The notes under the pieces are model-generated. The model searched no databases and was not told the origin of the DNA. It saw only the letters and a program-made list of their open reading frames with translations. DNA of 63,512 nt, counting the filler, from Pelomyxa schiedti (lineage: Eukaryota > Protista > Evosea): the NCBI GenBank assembly GCA_020536535.1. It is 11 parts of 11 records of this genome, joined end to end, with 100 filler letters (N's around TTAATTAATTAA, not from the genome) between each part and the next. Parts side by side here need not be neighbours in the genome. Positions count along the whole stretch, not along the records: positions 6,163 to 27,543 come from JAHLWZ010000675.1; 10 more parts are not named here. One strand, given 5' to 3'. Numbering within the stretch: the first letter of the stretch is position 1; every line of letters begins with the position of its first letter. Positions 12,757 to 25,342 of this stretch are shown one piece after another. The translations under genes and the position numbers were made by a program.

Positions 12757-14565
12757 ATGACGGCGGCTAGCTCACAGCGCAACAGTACCGCCAACGACGC
12801 TAATTATGGGCCGGTGGCGTGCACGACAACTAGTTCGACCAGCAGTCGCACGAGCAGCAGCGATGGCCCTCGCGATGGTGGAAGCGGGTGGGAGACGGAT
12901 TATGGGATAAACTGTGACAGCGGTGACGAGTACGGCACAGGCAGGGTGATTGTGGTCGTTCTCGGAAATGGGGCATCCCCGTCGCTGACACGGTGCACGA
13001 CCGCACTGAAATCAATTGTGTGTGAGCTCGCGACATTGGAGATTGTGGGATTGGTTTAATTTGACGGCACTCAGTCTTGTTTCTATCTCTCTATCTATTC
13101 TTCTTGTTTTTGTGGATGTTGGGTTCTGATTTAAAAAAAAACAAAACAAAACAAAAAACATAGGCCTTGACATTGAAAGAGTATGGAGTGGAGTGCAGGT
13201 GTATTGGGTTGACCCCTGCGGAATGGGATATGGCACTGAGCTACTTACGGGGCAACACAAATGGTGTATGTGGCCTTCTGTTTATTTGACCTCTTCTTCC
13301 ATATGTTGTGTCATTTGACTATGCCAAATTTAAAAGGCGCTCGATTTTGATGGTTGCATTGTAGATACTCCGGCTCAGTGGCTCGCCGCTATCTCTATTG
13401 CACCGTCTTTTGTAACAATATGCAAACACTCTGTGGTGTCCTCCTCCCCGTATTCTCACTTTACGCAATGCCCTTTTCACCCTCTCTCCAATGTGGTTAC
13501 AGCCACCCACGATACCATCCGGCACCACCCAACAACTTCGGCTACCCACGCCAGGTCGTGGCTGAGCCCATCAAAGTTTATCATCACAATTGCCACTGTA
13601 TTTCGTATGGGCCAGCCATGGGCTCACCAATGTCTCTACGGACCTCTTGGCATTAAATGCATGAAGAAGTATATGCAAGGGCGAGAGGTTACCTCCACCA
13701 ATAGTCCTTTGACTCTGCTAACTATAACCTTAGAAATCGCAATTTTGCTTTTTAGACATACGTGTTTCTGAGCAACGTACTGGTACTGTTGTCCTTGAAG
13801 TTTGTATTGCAGCCTCTTTTTGTAAACAGAGCTCATTAAATCTTTACCAGTTGTTCTCAAAGGTCTGCCCCCTAACATGTTCAAACTTCATGGTTTTATG
13901 CCGCAGTCTTCTTGACACTACCACACTCTCATACAAAAATACCATTTTCCACCGGGTGAATGATGCTTGGATCCAGGGTGGGGGTAAGTTCCCTGCCTAT
14001 GTCTATAAACCCTCCTTACAAATATGCCCTCCTACAGACACATCGGGAGGGTATGGCAACTCTAGCACAGCAACTTATGCAACGGGCAACTTCCGCGGTC
14101 ACATTTCCACTTCCTTTTTTAATTTCTGAACATTTACACAGATGAAAACTACGCAATTAAGCACGATGTACCCGGAATTTTGGTACTAACTTGCATTCCT
14201 ATTTAAACTTATACCCCACAAGGGCATGGCCAACACAGGCCAGCGGCACACCAACGGATCACAATTCTACATCACACTAGCTCCGCTTCCATCACTTGAC
14301 AAGGTTTTACCGGCCCCATTCCCATCCCCTTCCTTAACTAAATTCTACCTCCCTCGCAAACCACACATGGGACCATACATATATACACATACCAACCCAG
14401 CACTGCGTTGCGTTTGGCCGTGTGTTTAACGGCTGGGGCATCATACAAGAAATATCATCACTGCCAACAAACACCTATTCACAACGTCCAATCAACCCCC
14501 CAGTCATCATAAACTGTGGTGCAATCCCCATTCGCCATCCTAAGAAAAAGAACCCCCGTTCGTGA
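12757..14565 (+). CDS. PPIL6: Cyclophilin-type PPIase, PPIL6-like, multi-exon
   Basis: KSQFCFLDIRVSEQRTGTVVLE|LFSKVCPLTCSNF...YKNTIFHRV..WIQGG|D...DENYAIKHDVPGIL|GMANTGQRHTNGSQFYITL...VAFGRV. The long N-terminal extension before the domain and the WIQGG variant resemble PPIL6. Confidence 0.8.
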
Positions 14566-14654
14566 CACGATGCCTTCCGGAAGGCATGTCTCCCCATCAA
14601 ACCAAACCAAAAAAAAAAAGGAAACCGTAACCAGGGCGGCCAATCAACGCAAGG

Positions 14655-15548
14655 ATGATACGACCAAAGGCACTTGTGGGAGTGCTTAACCACGGCAACG
14701 GCAACGGTGTAACCCTCACAATGTACGTACCTTCTCGTCCACCCAACACCATCAGCACCCAACACCCACGACGCACAACGCACTAGCCAAAACCCAGAAC
14801 CCAGCACGCGCAAGCACACACACGCGCACACAGGGTGGTGGACGAGCACGGGGAGGCGGTGGCTGTGGCGGGGGACGCGGTGGCGGCCAAGAGCATCGCG
14901 CCGGTGGCAGCCAAGGCCAGGGCCGCCATGGAGTGCGCGGCCACGGGCACGGGCGGGGGCGCGGGCGCGGGCACGAGCGGGGTGATGGGGGGGGCCCACG
15001 CCACCGGGGCCCCACCCGCCCAGCTGTTCGCTATGACAGTGACACTAGCTGTATGTATGTACACTACTATTGTTATGCTTATTGTACATACGTGTGTGTG
15101 TGTGTGTATGTAGGTAGGAATGTTGTTGTGATAGATAGGATATGTTGCCGATGATTCGGGGGAGTGACTATCGAACTCCATTATTATTTGTTAGTTGCTG
15201 GTTGGGTTTTGTTTTGTATTTTGTTTTGTTTTTTGTTTTTTTTTTTTGGCGGGTTTAAAACTGTTGTTTGTATGTAGGAGGGGATCATTCATATGCAGGC
15301 TGTTGGCCGGGCAATACTGTGCATGCAAGCGGATAAAACCGCTAGCATACCAATTATCCAACACAAGGTTAACCACACTCCACAGCAAATGATTAAGCAA
15401 TCATCACTCACATTGTTAACTAATTAGTGTATTACCACAACACTGTCACTATAGCAAACTAACAACAAGCCAGGCACAGATTCTGAGTTCGTACCTCGAG
15501 GAGCCTCTATCAGAGTGGCTGGACCCCACAACTTCCTCCTCAAATTAG
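14655..15548 (+). CDS. LAMTOR2: Ragulator complex subunit LAMTOR2 (roadblock domain), 4 exons, absent from the ORF track
   Basis: MIRPKALVGVLNHGNGNGVTLT|..VVDEHGEAVAVAG...|EGIIHMQAVGRAILCMQADKTASIPIIQHK|AQILSSYLEEPLSEW. Matches the LAMTOR2 pattern MLRPKAL...EG...LLCM.A...AQAL..YLEEPL. Confidence 0.88.
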
Positions 15549-15850
15549 CAACATGTGTTTTTCATGTGGCTTTTTTTTTTTAAAAAAAGTACTTTGTAAA
15601 GAACAAAATGTTAGCTTCTGTGGGCTCGAGAATAAGCCCCACAGAGGAAGAAAACGAGTGAGGGTGAAGAGAATAAAGGGTACACAAAAGGAGTAGAAAA
15701 ACACCCTATCAACAAGAAAGCTGTTATGAGAGTTTTTCAGTGGGTCAGCTCCAGAGAATGTCATCACCATCATTCGCAGAACTGCACCGATCAAAACAAA
15801 CAAAATTTCACGTCGACGTGGTGGCTTGTCGGGGACCCTGAGACTGAGGG

Positions 15851-17438
15851 ATGGGATTGGGGGCACGGTTTGGGGTCGTGCTGGGTATCGTGGCCCTGTC
15901 GGCTATGTTCTTCCCAATCGTGTATCAGCTCCAGGTACATTGTGGGTCCCTGTCTGTGTTGTTGTTGTTGTGGGGAGCGAACATTGAATTTCGTACACTG
16001 TTGAGCGCCGAGCTTAACCATGGATTATGGGATGGGACGGACTAACTTTTTTGTTGTTGTGGTTGTCTGATGACAGAGCCTCAGAGGCGAAATAGATACA
16101 CTACGGGGACAACTTTCTAATAATGCTGCAGTATCTACTTTGCAAGTGAGAATGTCACAGTTAGAGGCCTCAATCGTTGTTGTTTCTGGTTTCTAGAAAT
16201 TTCCTTCGTCACTAATTCCTGTTTTTTTTTTTTCCCTCTGTTTTGCTTGATAAATTGATTATTCCCAAGGGCTTCTATATGATAAGGGGAAAGCAGTCGT
16301 TCAGACTCAATCACAACAAACGCAACCACAAACTTTACCAGCACCGGCTGCTACAACTCCTCAGGAGTGCAACCCAATTACCCTCCGTTGCATTGCACCA
16401 CCTCCTGCTTCATTGAGCATCAATTGGATGTGTGAGGACAAAAATACTGGGAATCCAACTGTGTATTTTGTGATTGGTCATCGTAATAGACCTTACCAGC
16501 TGTTACGACTCTTGGTAAGCATTTCCCAAGTAAAGACCGAGGCCAGAATTTGCAAGATTGGTGTTGTTGTTGCTGACGCCAAAAATGTACATGCAGCTAC
16601 CTTCATGCATGACCTTTACCGTCTTTTAGATTCCAGAAGATGGCAGTGCCGTAAATAGATCAGATATCATGAACTTAATAGAACAGTGGAGTGGTCCCCT
16701 CGGTATTGACGTGACATATGTTCCGGTTAATATAACTGGTTCTGGCTTCGTAAAGGTGATACTTGTTTACCATGTCCTCTGTACATTAACGGAAGTACAG
16801 GCTCGTGCCCTCCGCTCGGCCCTAGAGTATCTGAATGTACATCATCCGAACAGTATCATGTTTGCAATAGATGTAGATATGCTAATACCTCCAAACTTCG
16901 TTAACTTGATATTAAGTAAAGTTGTCAAAGGCCGAAACGTATGCCAATTCTCATTTCCTTGTCAACATTTTAACTGTTAAAATCTAGTTCTTTGCACCGG
17001 TGCCCTGGAGCTTGTACGAAGGCATGCCTGTCACAATGGATGAAGGTTCAGGCTGGTGGAGAGAAACCGGTTACGGTAATGCAGGATTCTTTGTATCCGA
17101 TGGAATAGCAAATGATGCATACGTACAAGGTACACACCCACTGAATACTTTCCTTTCCCGTACTTCGCCAAAAACACAGCGCAGTACAAAATGCCAATTA
17201 CAACGTAATGCATGTTTCCTAATACAAAGTAGCACCCAACCCAACACTACTAATCCACCCACACACAGATATCAACAAGCATGACTGGGGGTCAGAGGAC
17301 GAGCACCTGGTGCAGCTTCTGAGCAGCCGCGGCCTGAGGCTCAACCGGGAACGCATATCGGGGTTCATACACGTGTGGCACCCCAAGGCCCCATGGGGTG
17401 ACACAACTGATGGAATAGGCACCCCCACCAAACACTAA
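15851..17438 (+). CDS. Type II membrane glycosyltransferase, chondroitin GalNAc-transferase / B4GALNT-like (GT7 C-terminal fold)
   Basis: N-terminal signal-anchor; DxD motif in MFAIDVDM; GWWRETGYGN; WGSED; IHVWHPK. Confidence 0.8.
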
Positions 17439-17670
17439 CACCACACCCCTCCCTGAGTCACCTATCAATATAGTCCCAAAACAATCACATCACCACCCAC
17501 CCCCATGGCCCCCCCCTTTGTGTGTGTCAGTCACCCACTCCACAGTCTGGGCTCTGCCCAAAGAAACCATCAGCCTATTTTCTTGTAATCAACATAAAAA
17601 AAGAAAAAACAAAACACCACGAAGTCGTCGTGGGCGTAACAACAACAACAACAACAACAACAAGAAGCAG

Positions 17671-20026
17671 ATGACGGACAGCAACAACAAGGGAGTGGGT
17701 GGCGACACGTCTTCGTCGTCGGCTACAACAACGACGACTACGACGACAACTACTAGTAGTACTGTAGCGAGGCGGTTGTGGTGGTGGTGGACCAAAACCT
17801 CGCTTTGTTCCAAGGTCCGTTGTTTGTTAGTTTGTTGTTTGTTTCTTTGTTGTGGGGTTTTTTTTTTTTTTTTTTTTTTTTTGGCTCAAGAGTCGGGGCC
17901 ACAACGTTCTTTTTGTTTGTTGTTGGGTTTTTTTTTTTTTTTGGAACCCCTAGGGTTGGCCATACAACTTCTTACTTTTTTTCAACTAGATATATGTAAG
18001 AACATGGGTCTTATTGAGAAAGCTCTGGCGACAAAGGAGACGAGGTTTATCACGCGGTGTATCAGGCAGACACCTCAGATACGGCGCAGGCTGTACTCGC
18101 AACCGGCTTCGTCAACGTCCACTTCTGCTACTACACAAGTAACATCTGTGTCCGGTTCTGCTGTTCTTCGTGCTGTCATCGATAAATACTGCGCTCAGTA
18201 TGGACCCCTCAAGACTTACCTAGTTTCATTTTTGGAGCCCACCACAATTGTATTGCCGTCGACGCAACCCCCTTCCACAGTATGCAAGTCAAAGAAAAAT
18301 GCCCTGATTTCTCATTACAATCTAGGATACTGACGCTTCGAAGCCGACTGCATCAACAACTTCCAGTGCCCAACCAACAAGATCCACAGGGAAAACGGAC
18401 CCTGAGCTCTTGGTCTACATTCACCTACTCATTTGCATGAATGTGATAGATAGATTTATCTCCCATTCCTCGGATATGGTCACTGGGTCAGTTGACCCCA
18501 CGACTGAAATGATGGGGTGTTGCAAGCAACTTGTAGGAAGCACACGTGGTCTTGATACTGTTGCTGATGCTATGACTGCAAAGTGTTGGTTTTACTATGC
18601 TCGAGCTGCTGAATTGTCGAAGATGTTGCCCTCTATTAGAAGGTTCGTGCCTACTTTTTAACGTACCTGTTTTCCTGACAGGTTTCCTCAGTGAACTTCT
18701 TGCTGCCTACAGAACAGCCACCTTGCGCCACATGGACGAAACCAAGGTTTTTCCGTTGCCGCATGAAATTTGAATTGATATCCTCAAAGGCCACAGTAGT
18801 GAATCTACTGTTACGAAACTATCTTATGTACAACCTCTATGATCAAGCTGATAAACTAGTCTCCAAAGTACCTGTCCTTACTGATCAGAGCACATCAGCA
18901 AGCCAACTGGCTCGATACCTATATTATCAAGGTATTGCTGGAAAATATTGTCTTCTTCTAAAAAATTTTCAGGCAAAATTAAGAGCATGCAGCTCGATTA
19001 TGGCGAGGCATACAAATTTTTGCAGCAAGCCCAACGCAAAGCCCCTCAATCTGCCAAGGGATTTCATTTATCCGTACACAATACCTTTGTTTAATTTTCC
19101 CAGCCCTTAAAACCAAAAAGGTCCTGAAGCTCTTATGCATTGTACAACAACTGCTAGGTGAAATTCCAAGCCGAAGTACCTTCGGGAAAGCCGACGGACC
19201 TCTCTCTGGTTATCTTGCTGTCACAAACGCAGTCCGAGTTGGTGATCTGGCGGCATTCAGGCTTGCCGTCGATTCTCGGAAAGCCGAGTTCGAGGCTGAT
19301 GGCACCTATTCTTTAATTCTGCGTTTGAGGCACAACGTCATCAAGGCAAGTATAATTTCTCCTCTCGCTTTTTCTCATACTCTCAGGCCGGTTTACGCAA
19401 GGTTTGCATGTCATATTCCCGCATCTCTTTATCCGATGTGGCAGCCAAGCTTCATCTGGACTCCGTGCAGGATTGCGAGTTTATTGTTGCCAAAGTATGT
19501 TCTAATTTCGTAACTGGCGGTAACATTTCACAAGGCAATCCGTGACGGTGTGATTGATGCCACCATAGACCATGAGGGTGGATTCATCCAGTCCAAGGAG
19601 AATCTCGATATTTACTCCACTCAAGAACCACGCAATGCGTTCCATCAGCGGATTACATTTTGTCTCAACATTCACAATGAAGCAGTGAAGGTAATACCCC
19701 CTCCCACTCCAAAACACACAAACAGCATGAACGCGATGCACCCGCACACAAGCTTTTGTGTGGATGACAAATACTCATGCAACATACCACATAAAAATCG
19801 TCACAAAACAAACAACGCAACAGCAAGCGAACACCCCGCCGTTTGCGTTAACGAGTGAGGATTCACAAACAATCCCCCTATCCTAAAAACTGGGAGGCAG
19901 TAGACTAACCACTGCAACACAAACTAGGCCATGCGATTTGCACCCGACGCACACAAGCCCAAGCCCCTCCAGACAACGTCCGACTCCCGCGCCCCTGAAA
20001 TAGACGACGATGACGATGACTTCTAG
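17671..20026 (+). CDS. RPN3: 26S proteasome lid subunit RPN3/PSMD3, multi-exon
   Basis: [44 protein letters not shown]|[42 protein letters not shown]|AMRF. Confidence 0.96.
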
Positions 20027-20145
20027 AACACCCCAACAACACCTACCACAACCACACTACCCCCACAACATTCTGAGGGCCCCTGCAGTTGCATAATTTA
20101 ATATCATGGGCGATCAGAATCTCGTTTCGTTCTCGTTATTGATCC

Positions 20146-20269
20146 ATGGCGACTACCACTACACCCACCACACCAGCTGCTATCCCAGCAACAACAACCA
20201 GCAGTAGTAGTGGCAGTGACAACAACACACCACCACCGGTGACCAGTGGCGTGGACGGTGCCGCACAAC

Positions 20270-20304
<35 letters not shown>

Positions 20305-21272
20305 AGCACTGTTGCACAAGGGACAAGTGCAACTGCTAGTACTAGTACTAGTACCAGTACCACCACAGGGGAAGGTGAGGAGGATGTGGACTACAGCGAC
20401 GAGTCGTGGGGGTGGTTCGAGGACGGGGTGCGGGCTGTGTTTGGGCAGTGGACGGGGATGTCGTTGTGCATCGACAACCGGTGGGGTGGCAGGAACACAC
20501 AGCAGCGGTGTGACCGGCTCATCGAGGACGTGCTGGATATGTTCTGGAACAGTGTGTTTCCCCTACCCCTACATACCCCCACCGCCACTCCCACACCCTC
20601 TCTATGTGTGAATTTAATTCTTCGCTCCCTTTTGACTGAACAACTGCTTGTACTGTTCTTGTTGTTGTGGGCTTCAGAACGTTCTTTGGAGCACGGGTAA
20701 CTAAGAAGAAATCCCAATTCCTTGCAGATGAAAGAGTTTATCACGACGAGTTGGAGGATATATTCTACGATTTTTTTGATACAATGTCCGTATCACTTGA
20801 GGATAACAGTATAGAACAAGTTAGTATAAATGCCGGTGCTGAAGCACAAATATACTAACTCCCAACAAGGTGTCACTAGAACTGGAAAAGCTTTGCAACG
20901 AGTGTTTGCGCGGTGACTTTTCCAGAGTTATTAAACTCACAACACCAAAATACACGCATAATTCAGCCAAAAGGAGCATCAAGTTCAAACCACCCACACC
21001 GGAAACAGCCGAGGCTCTTAATGGCGATGATGCGGCCGAGTCATCGTCCTCAGAGGAACCCTCGACAACAACCGCAACACAGCCGGAAACCACCAGCACT
21101 TCCACAACACCAACTACGGAAAATACCGTTAGTTCCTCCATAACACCTTCGACCTCTGCGGATACACCAGCATCAGATAGCAAACCATCACCAACCAAGT
21201 CCAACAACAAGAAAAAGAGTACCAACAAGAGTAAGCCATCACCCAACACACAGCCACAAACACAACAAAGAA
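20146..21272 (+). CDS. TSR2: Pre-rRNA processing protein TSR2 (WGG domain), copy 1, 3' end in gap
   Basis: FEDGVRAVFGQWTGMSLCIDNRWGG...DELEDIFYDFFDTMSVSLEDNSIEQ|V. Confidence 0.85.
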
Positions 21273-21372
21273 NNNNNNNNNNNNNNNNNNNNNNNNNNNN
21301 NNNNNNNNNNNNNNNNNNNNNNNNNNNNNNNNNNNNNNNNNNNNNNNNNNNNNNNNNNNNNNNNNNNNNNNN

Positions 21373-22200
21373 TCGGGAAAGCCGACGGACCTCTCTCTGG
21401 TTATCTTGCTGTCACAAACGCAGTCCGAGTTGGTGATCTGGCGGCATTCAGGCTTGCCGTCGATTCTCGGAAAGCCGAGTTCGAGGCTGATGGTACCTAT
21501 TCTTTAATTCTGCGTTTGAGGCACAACGTCATCAAGGCAAGTATAATTTCTCCTCCCACTTTTTCTCATACTCTCAGGCCGGGTTACGCAAGGTTTGCAT
21601 GTCATATTCCCGCATCTCTTTATCCGATGTGGCAGCCAAGCTTCATCTGGACTCCGTGCAGGATTGCGAGTTTATTGTTGCCAAAGTATGTTCTAATTTC
21701 GTAGCTGGCGGTAACGTTTCACAAGGCAATCCGTGACGGTGTGATTGATGCCACCATAGACCATGAGGGCGGATTCATCCAGTCCAAGGAGAATCTCGAT
21801 ATTTACTCCACTCAAGAACCACGCAATGCGTTCCATCAGCGGATTACATTTTGTCTCAACATTCACAATGAAGCAGTGAAGGTTATACCCCCCTCCCACT
21901 CCAAAACACACAAACCGCGTGAACGCGATGCACCCGCACACAAGCTTTTGTGTGGATGACAAATACTCATGCAACATACCATACCACATAAAAATCGTCA
22001 CAAAACAAACAACGCAACAGCAAGCGAACACCCCGCCGTTTGCGTTAACAAGTGAAGATTCACAAACAATTTCCCTATCCTAAATACTCAACACAAACTA
22101 GGCCATGCGATTTGCACCCGACGCACACAAGCCCAAGCCCCTCCAGACAACGTCCGACTCCCGCGCCCCTGAAATAGACGACGATGACGATGACTTCTAG
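21373..22200 (+). CDS. RPN3: Second copy (3' part only) of RPN3; probable alternative haplotype
   Basis: Exons nearly identical to ~19180-20026, with differences concentrated in introns; begins directly after a 100-N gap. Confidence 0.8.
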
Positions 22201-22332
22201 AACACCCCAACAAGCACATGCCACACCACCCCTCAAAACAAAACATACCATACCACACTGAGTGCCTCCCCTACAGTTGCATAACTTAATATCGGGGCGA
22301 TCAGAATCTTGTTTCGTTCTTGTTTTTGATCA

Positions 22333-23791
22333 ATGGCAACTACCACTAGACCCACCACACCACCTGCTATCCCAGCAACAACAACCAGTAGCAGTAGCAG
22401 TAGTGGCAGTGACAACAACACACCACAACCGGTGACCAGTAGCGTGGACGGTGCCGCACAACCAACAGCAACAACAACAAGCACTGTTGCACAAGGTGCA
22501 ACTGCTAGTACCAGTACCACCACAGGGAAGGAAGGTGGCGTTGATGGGGATGGCGATGGTGATGGTGATGTGGACTACAGCGAGGAGTCGTGGGGGTGGT
22601 TCGAGGACGGGGTGCGGGCTGTGTTTGGGCAGTGGACTGGGATGTCGTTGTGCATTGACAACCGGTGGGGTGGCAGGAACACCAAGCAGAGGTGTGACCG
22701 GCTCATCGAGGACGTGCTCGATATGTTCTGGAACAGTGTGTTTCCCCTACCCCTACATACCCCCACCGCCACTCCCACACCCTCTGTATGAATTTGATTC
22801 TTCGCCCTCTTTTTACTGAACAATTGCCTTTACTGTTCTTGCTGGTGTGAGCTTGAATTTTGAAGTGGAGCACGGTAACTAAAAAGAAATCCCAATTCCT
22901 TGGCAGATGAAAGAGTTTATCACGACGAGTTGGAAGATATATTCTACGATTTCTTTGATACAATGTCCGTGTCACTTGAGGATAACAGTATAGAACAAGT
23001 TAGTCTATTTGTGCTTCGGCACCGGCATTTATACTAACTCCCAACAAGGTGTCACTAGAACTGGAAAAGCTTTGCAATGAGTGTTTGCGCGGTGACTTTT
23101 CCAGAGTTATTAAACTCACAACACCAAAATCCACGCATAATTCGGCCAAAAGGAGCATCAAGTTCAAACCACCCACACCGGAAACAGCCGAGGCTCTTAA
23201 TGGTGATGATGCGGCCGAGTCATCATCCTCGGAGGAACCCTCGACAACAACCGCAACACAGCCGGAAACCACCAGCATTTCCACAACACCAACTACGGAA
23301 AATACCGTTAGTTCCTCCACAACACCTTCAACCTCTGCGGATACACCAGCATCAGATAGCAAACCATCACCAACCAAGTCCAACAACAAGAAAAAGAGTA
23401 CCAACAAGAGTAAGCCATCACCCAACACACAGCCACAAACACAACAAAGAANNNNNNNNNNNNNNNNNNNNNNNNNNNNNNNNNNNNNNNNNNNNNNNNN
23501 NNNNNNNNNNNNNNNNNNNNNNNNNNNNNNNNNNNNNNNNNNNNNNNNNNNACCTCTGCGGATACACCAGCATCAGATAGCAAACCATCACCAACCAAGT
23601 CCAACAACAAGAAAAAGAGTACCAACAAGAGTAAGCCATCACCCAACACACAGCCACAAACACAACAAAGAAAAACCAAAGCCACAGCACCAGTGGTTGA
23701 TGCTGATGGCTGGCAGACTGTCCCTACCTCAGCTACAACATCCAAACCCAAACCCAAAAAAACAACAAAAAACAAACCCAAGAACCACTGA
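22333..23791 (+). CDS. TSR2: TSR2 copy 2 (spans gap; C-terminus ...DADGWQTV...KNH*)
   Basis: Near-identical to copy 1 with indels in Thr/Ser/Gly-Asp tracts; the terminal DGW..V motif lies after the gap. Confidence 0.8.
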
Positions 23792-23962
23792 GCACATGTG
23801 CCTTCCCACTTGGCATAAAATAATCCTCAGGCTCCATTCTCAGCCTCTTTTCTCCAAAAAACGAAACGACGAAAAACCCGGAAAAAAAAACACCAAAATA
23901 CAACAAGCACCCAGTGACACCAACAAAAAAAAAACCCAGACCCACCCCTCCCATAATCGAAG

Positions 23963-25013
23963 ATGGTGTTTTGTGGTAACTGCGGCAACAACTGCGGCAC
24001 AGCGCGGTTCTGTCCCAATTGTGGGAACCCCGTGGGGGCCACAGCCCCGCCACCACCCACGTCGGCCCCCGCTTTGCCGCCGAGGGACACGCCAACCACC
24101 AACAAAGCCCCGGTCGTGGAGCAAGTTGTCGAGTTCGAGGCGGTGGAGCCTGTCGTTGTCGAGGAGGGCGTCGTCGAGTACGTGGCGGAGCCTGTGGTGG
24201 TCGGCGCCACGGCGTCGTCGGGGGGCGGGGCTGTGAAGTTCCCGGAACCCGTGGTTGTGATGCCACCCGTGGCAACGGTGCCAAAGCCAAATGGGGCTAA
24301 CATATTCTGCCGGGGGTGCGGAAAGAGCTTGGCAAGTGCTGTATGTTTGTTTGTTCACTTTTCTTGTTGCCTCATAATTATTATGGGATTAATATTTTCT
24401 TGTTTGTTGAGCGAGATTTATAGAGGATACAGCGGGAAATGTATTTGTACTGAAATTGTAAATTGCGGTATTTGATTAATTAATTTAATACTATTGTGTA
24501 TATGCTTCTTCAGAAATACTCACAATAAATTACAAGTCGGCTGGACTAAATGCATTGGGTGGAATGTGGCACAAAGGTAAAGCCGAATTGTAGAGTTTTG
24601 GTTTAATTCTTTTTCAGAGTGCTTCAAATGTTCTCTGTGCGGAGAGCGTATGTCATTTATTCATAAAATCATTTATTAATCTAATTTTTTTCCCCAGGCC
24701 TGTTCTCATTCAGTAGGTTCTTTGAAGACAATGGAAAACCAGTGTGTGCAAAGTGCAACAACGCCTCATTGCCAGTCTGCCGAGTGAGTAATTCCTAATT
24801 TTTTTCCGCCTCAACTAACCAAAACGCTTTCACCTTTCCAAACAAAAGGGATGCAAGCAAAAAATGACAGGCGAGTATGTTATTGCAATGGAGAAGCCCT
24901 ACCATCCCCAGTGCCTCAAATGTGGTGGCTGCGGAAAGCTATTTGGTGATGAAGGCTTCTATGAGGATAGGGGCCAACTCTGGCACTTGCAATGTGCACC
25001 AAAGGGTCATTAA
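23963..25013 (+). CDS. Zinc-ribbon plus LIM-domain protein, multi-exon
   Basis: N-terminal FCGNCG...FCPNCG; LIM1 CRGCGK...ALGGMWHK|CFKCSLC...PVCAKC; LIM2 C..CKQK...YHPQCLKCGGC...WHLQC. Confidence 0.85.
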
Positions 25014-25342
25014 CATCCAACTAACAACAAAAAAAAAANNNNNNNNNNNNNNNNNNNNNNNNNNNNNNNNNNNNNNNNNNNNNNNNNNNNNNNNNNNNNN
25101 NNNNNNNNNNNNNNNNNNNNNNNNNNNNNNNNNNNNNNAAATGTGGTGGCTGCGGAAAGCTATTTGGTGATGAAGGCTTCTATGAGGATAGGGGCCAACT
25201 CTGGCACTTGCAATGTGCACCAAAGGGTCATTAACATCCAACTAACAACAAAAAAAAAAACCTTGTGTTGGTTCTGTGGGTATCGACAGATTTGATTTCA
25301 CATAAATTACAAAAACCCATCCGTTTTTAACAACAAAAAAGG

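Noticed and set aside
23331-23672. Exact ~100-120-bp repeats flanking 100-N gaps (also around 25039-25138 and 60599-60698)
   Set aside because: Unmerged contig overlaps from scaffolding, not real direct repeats.
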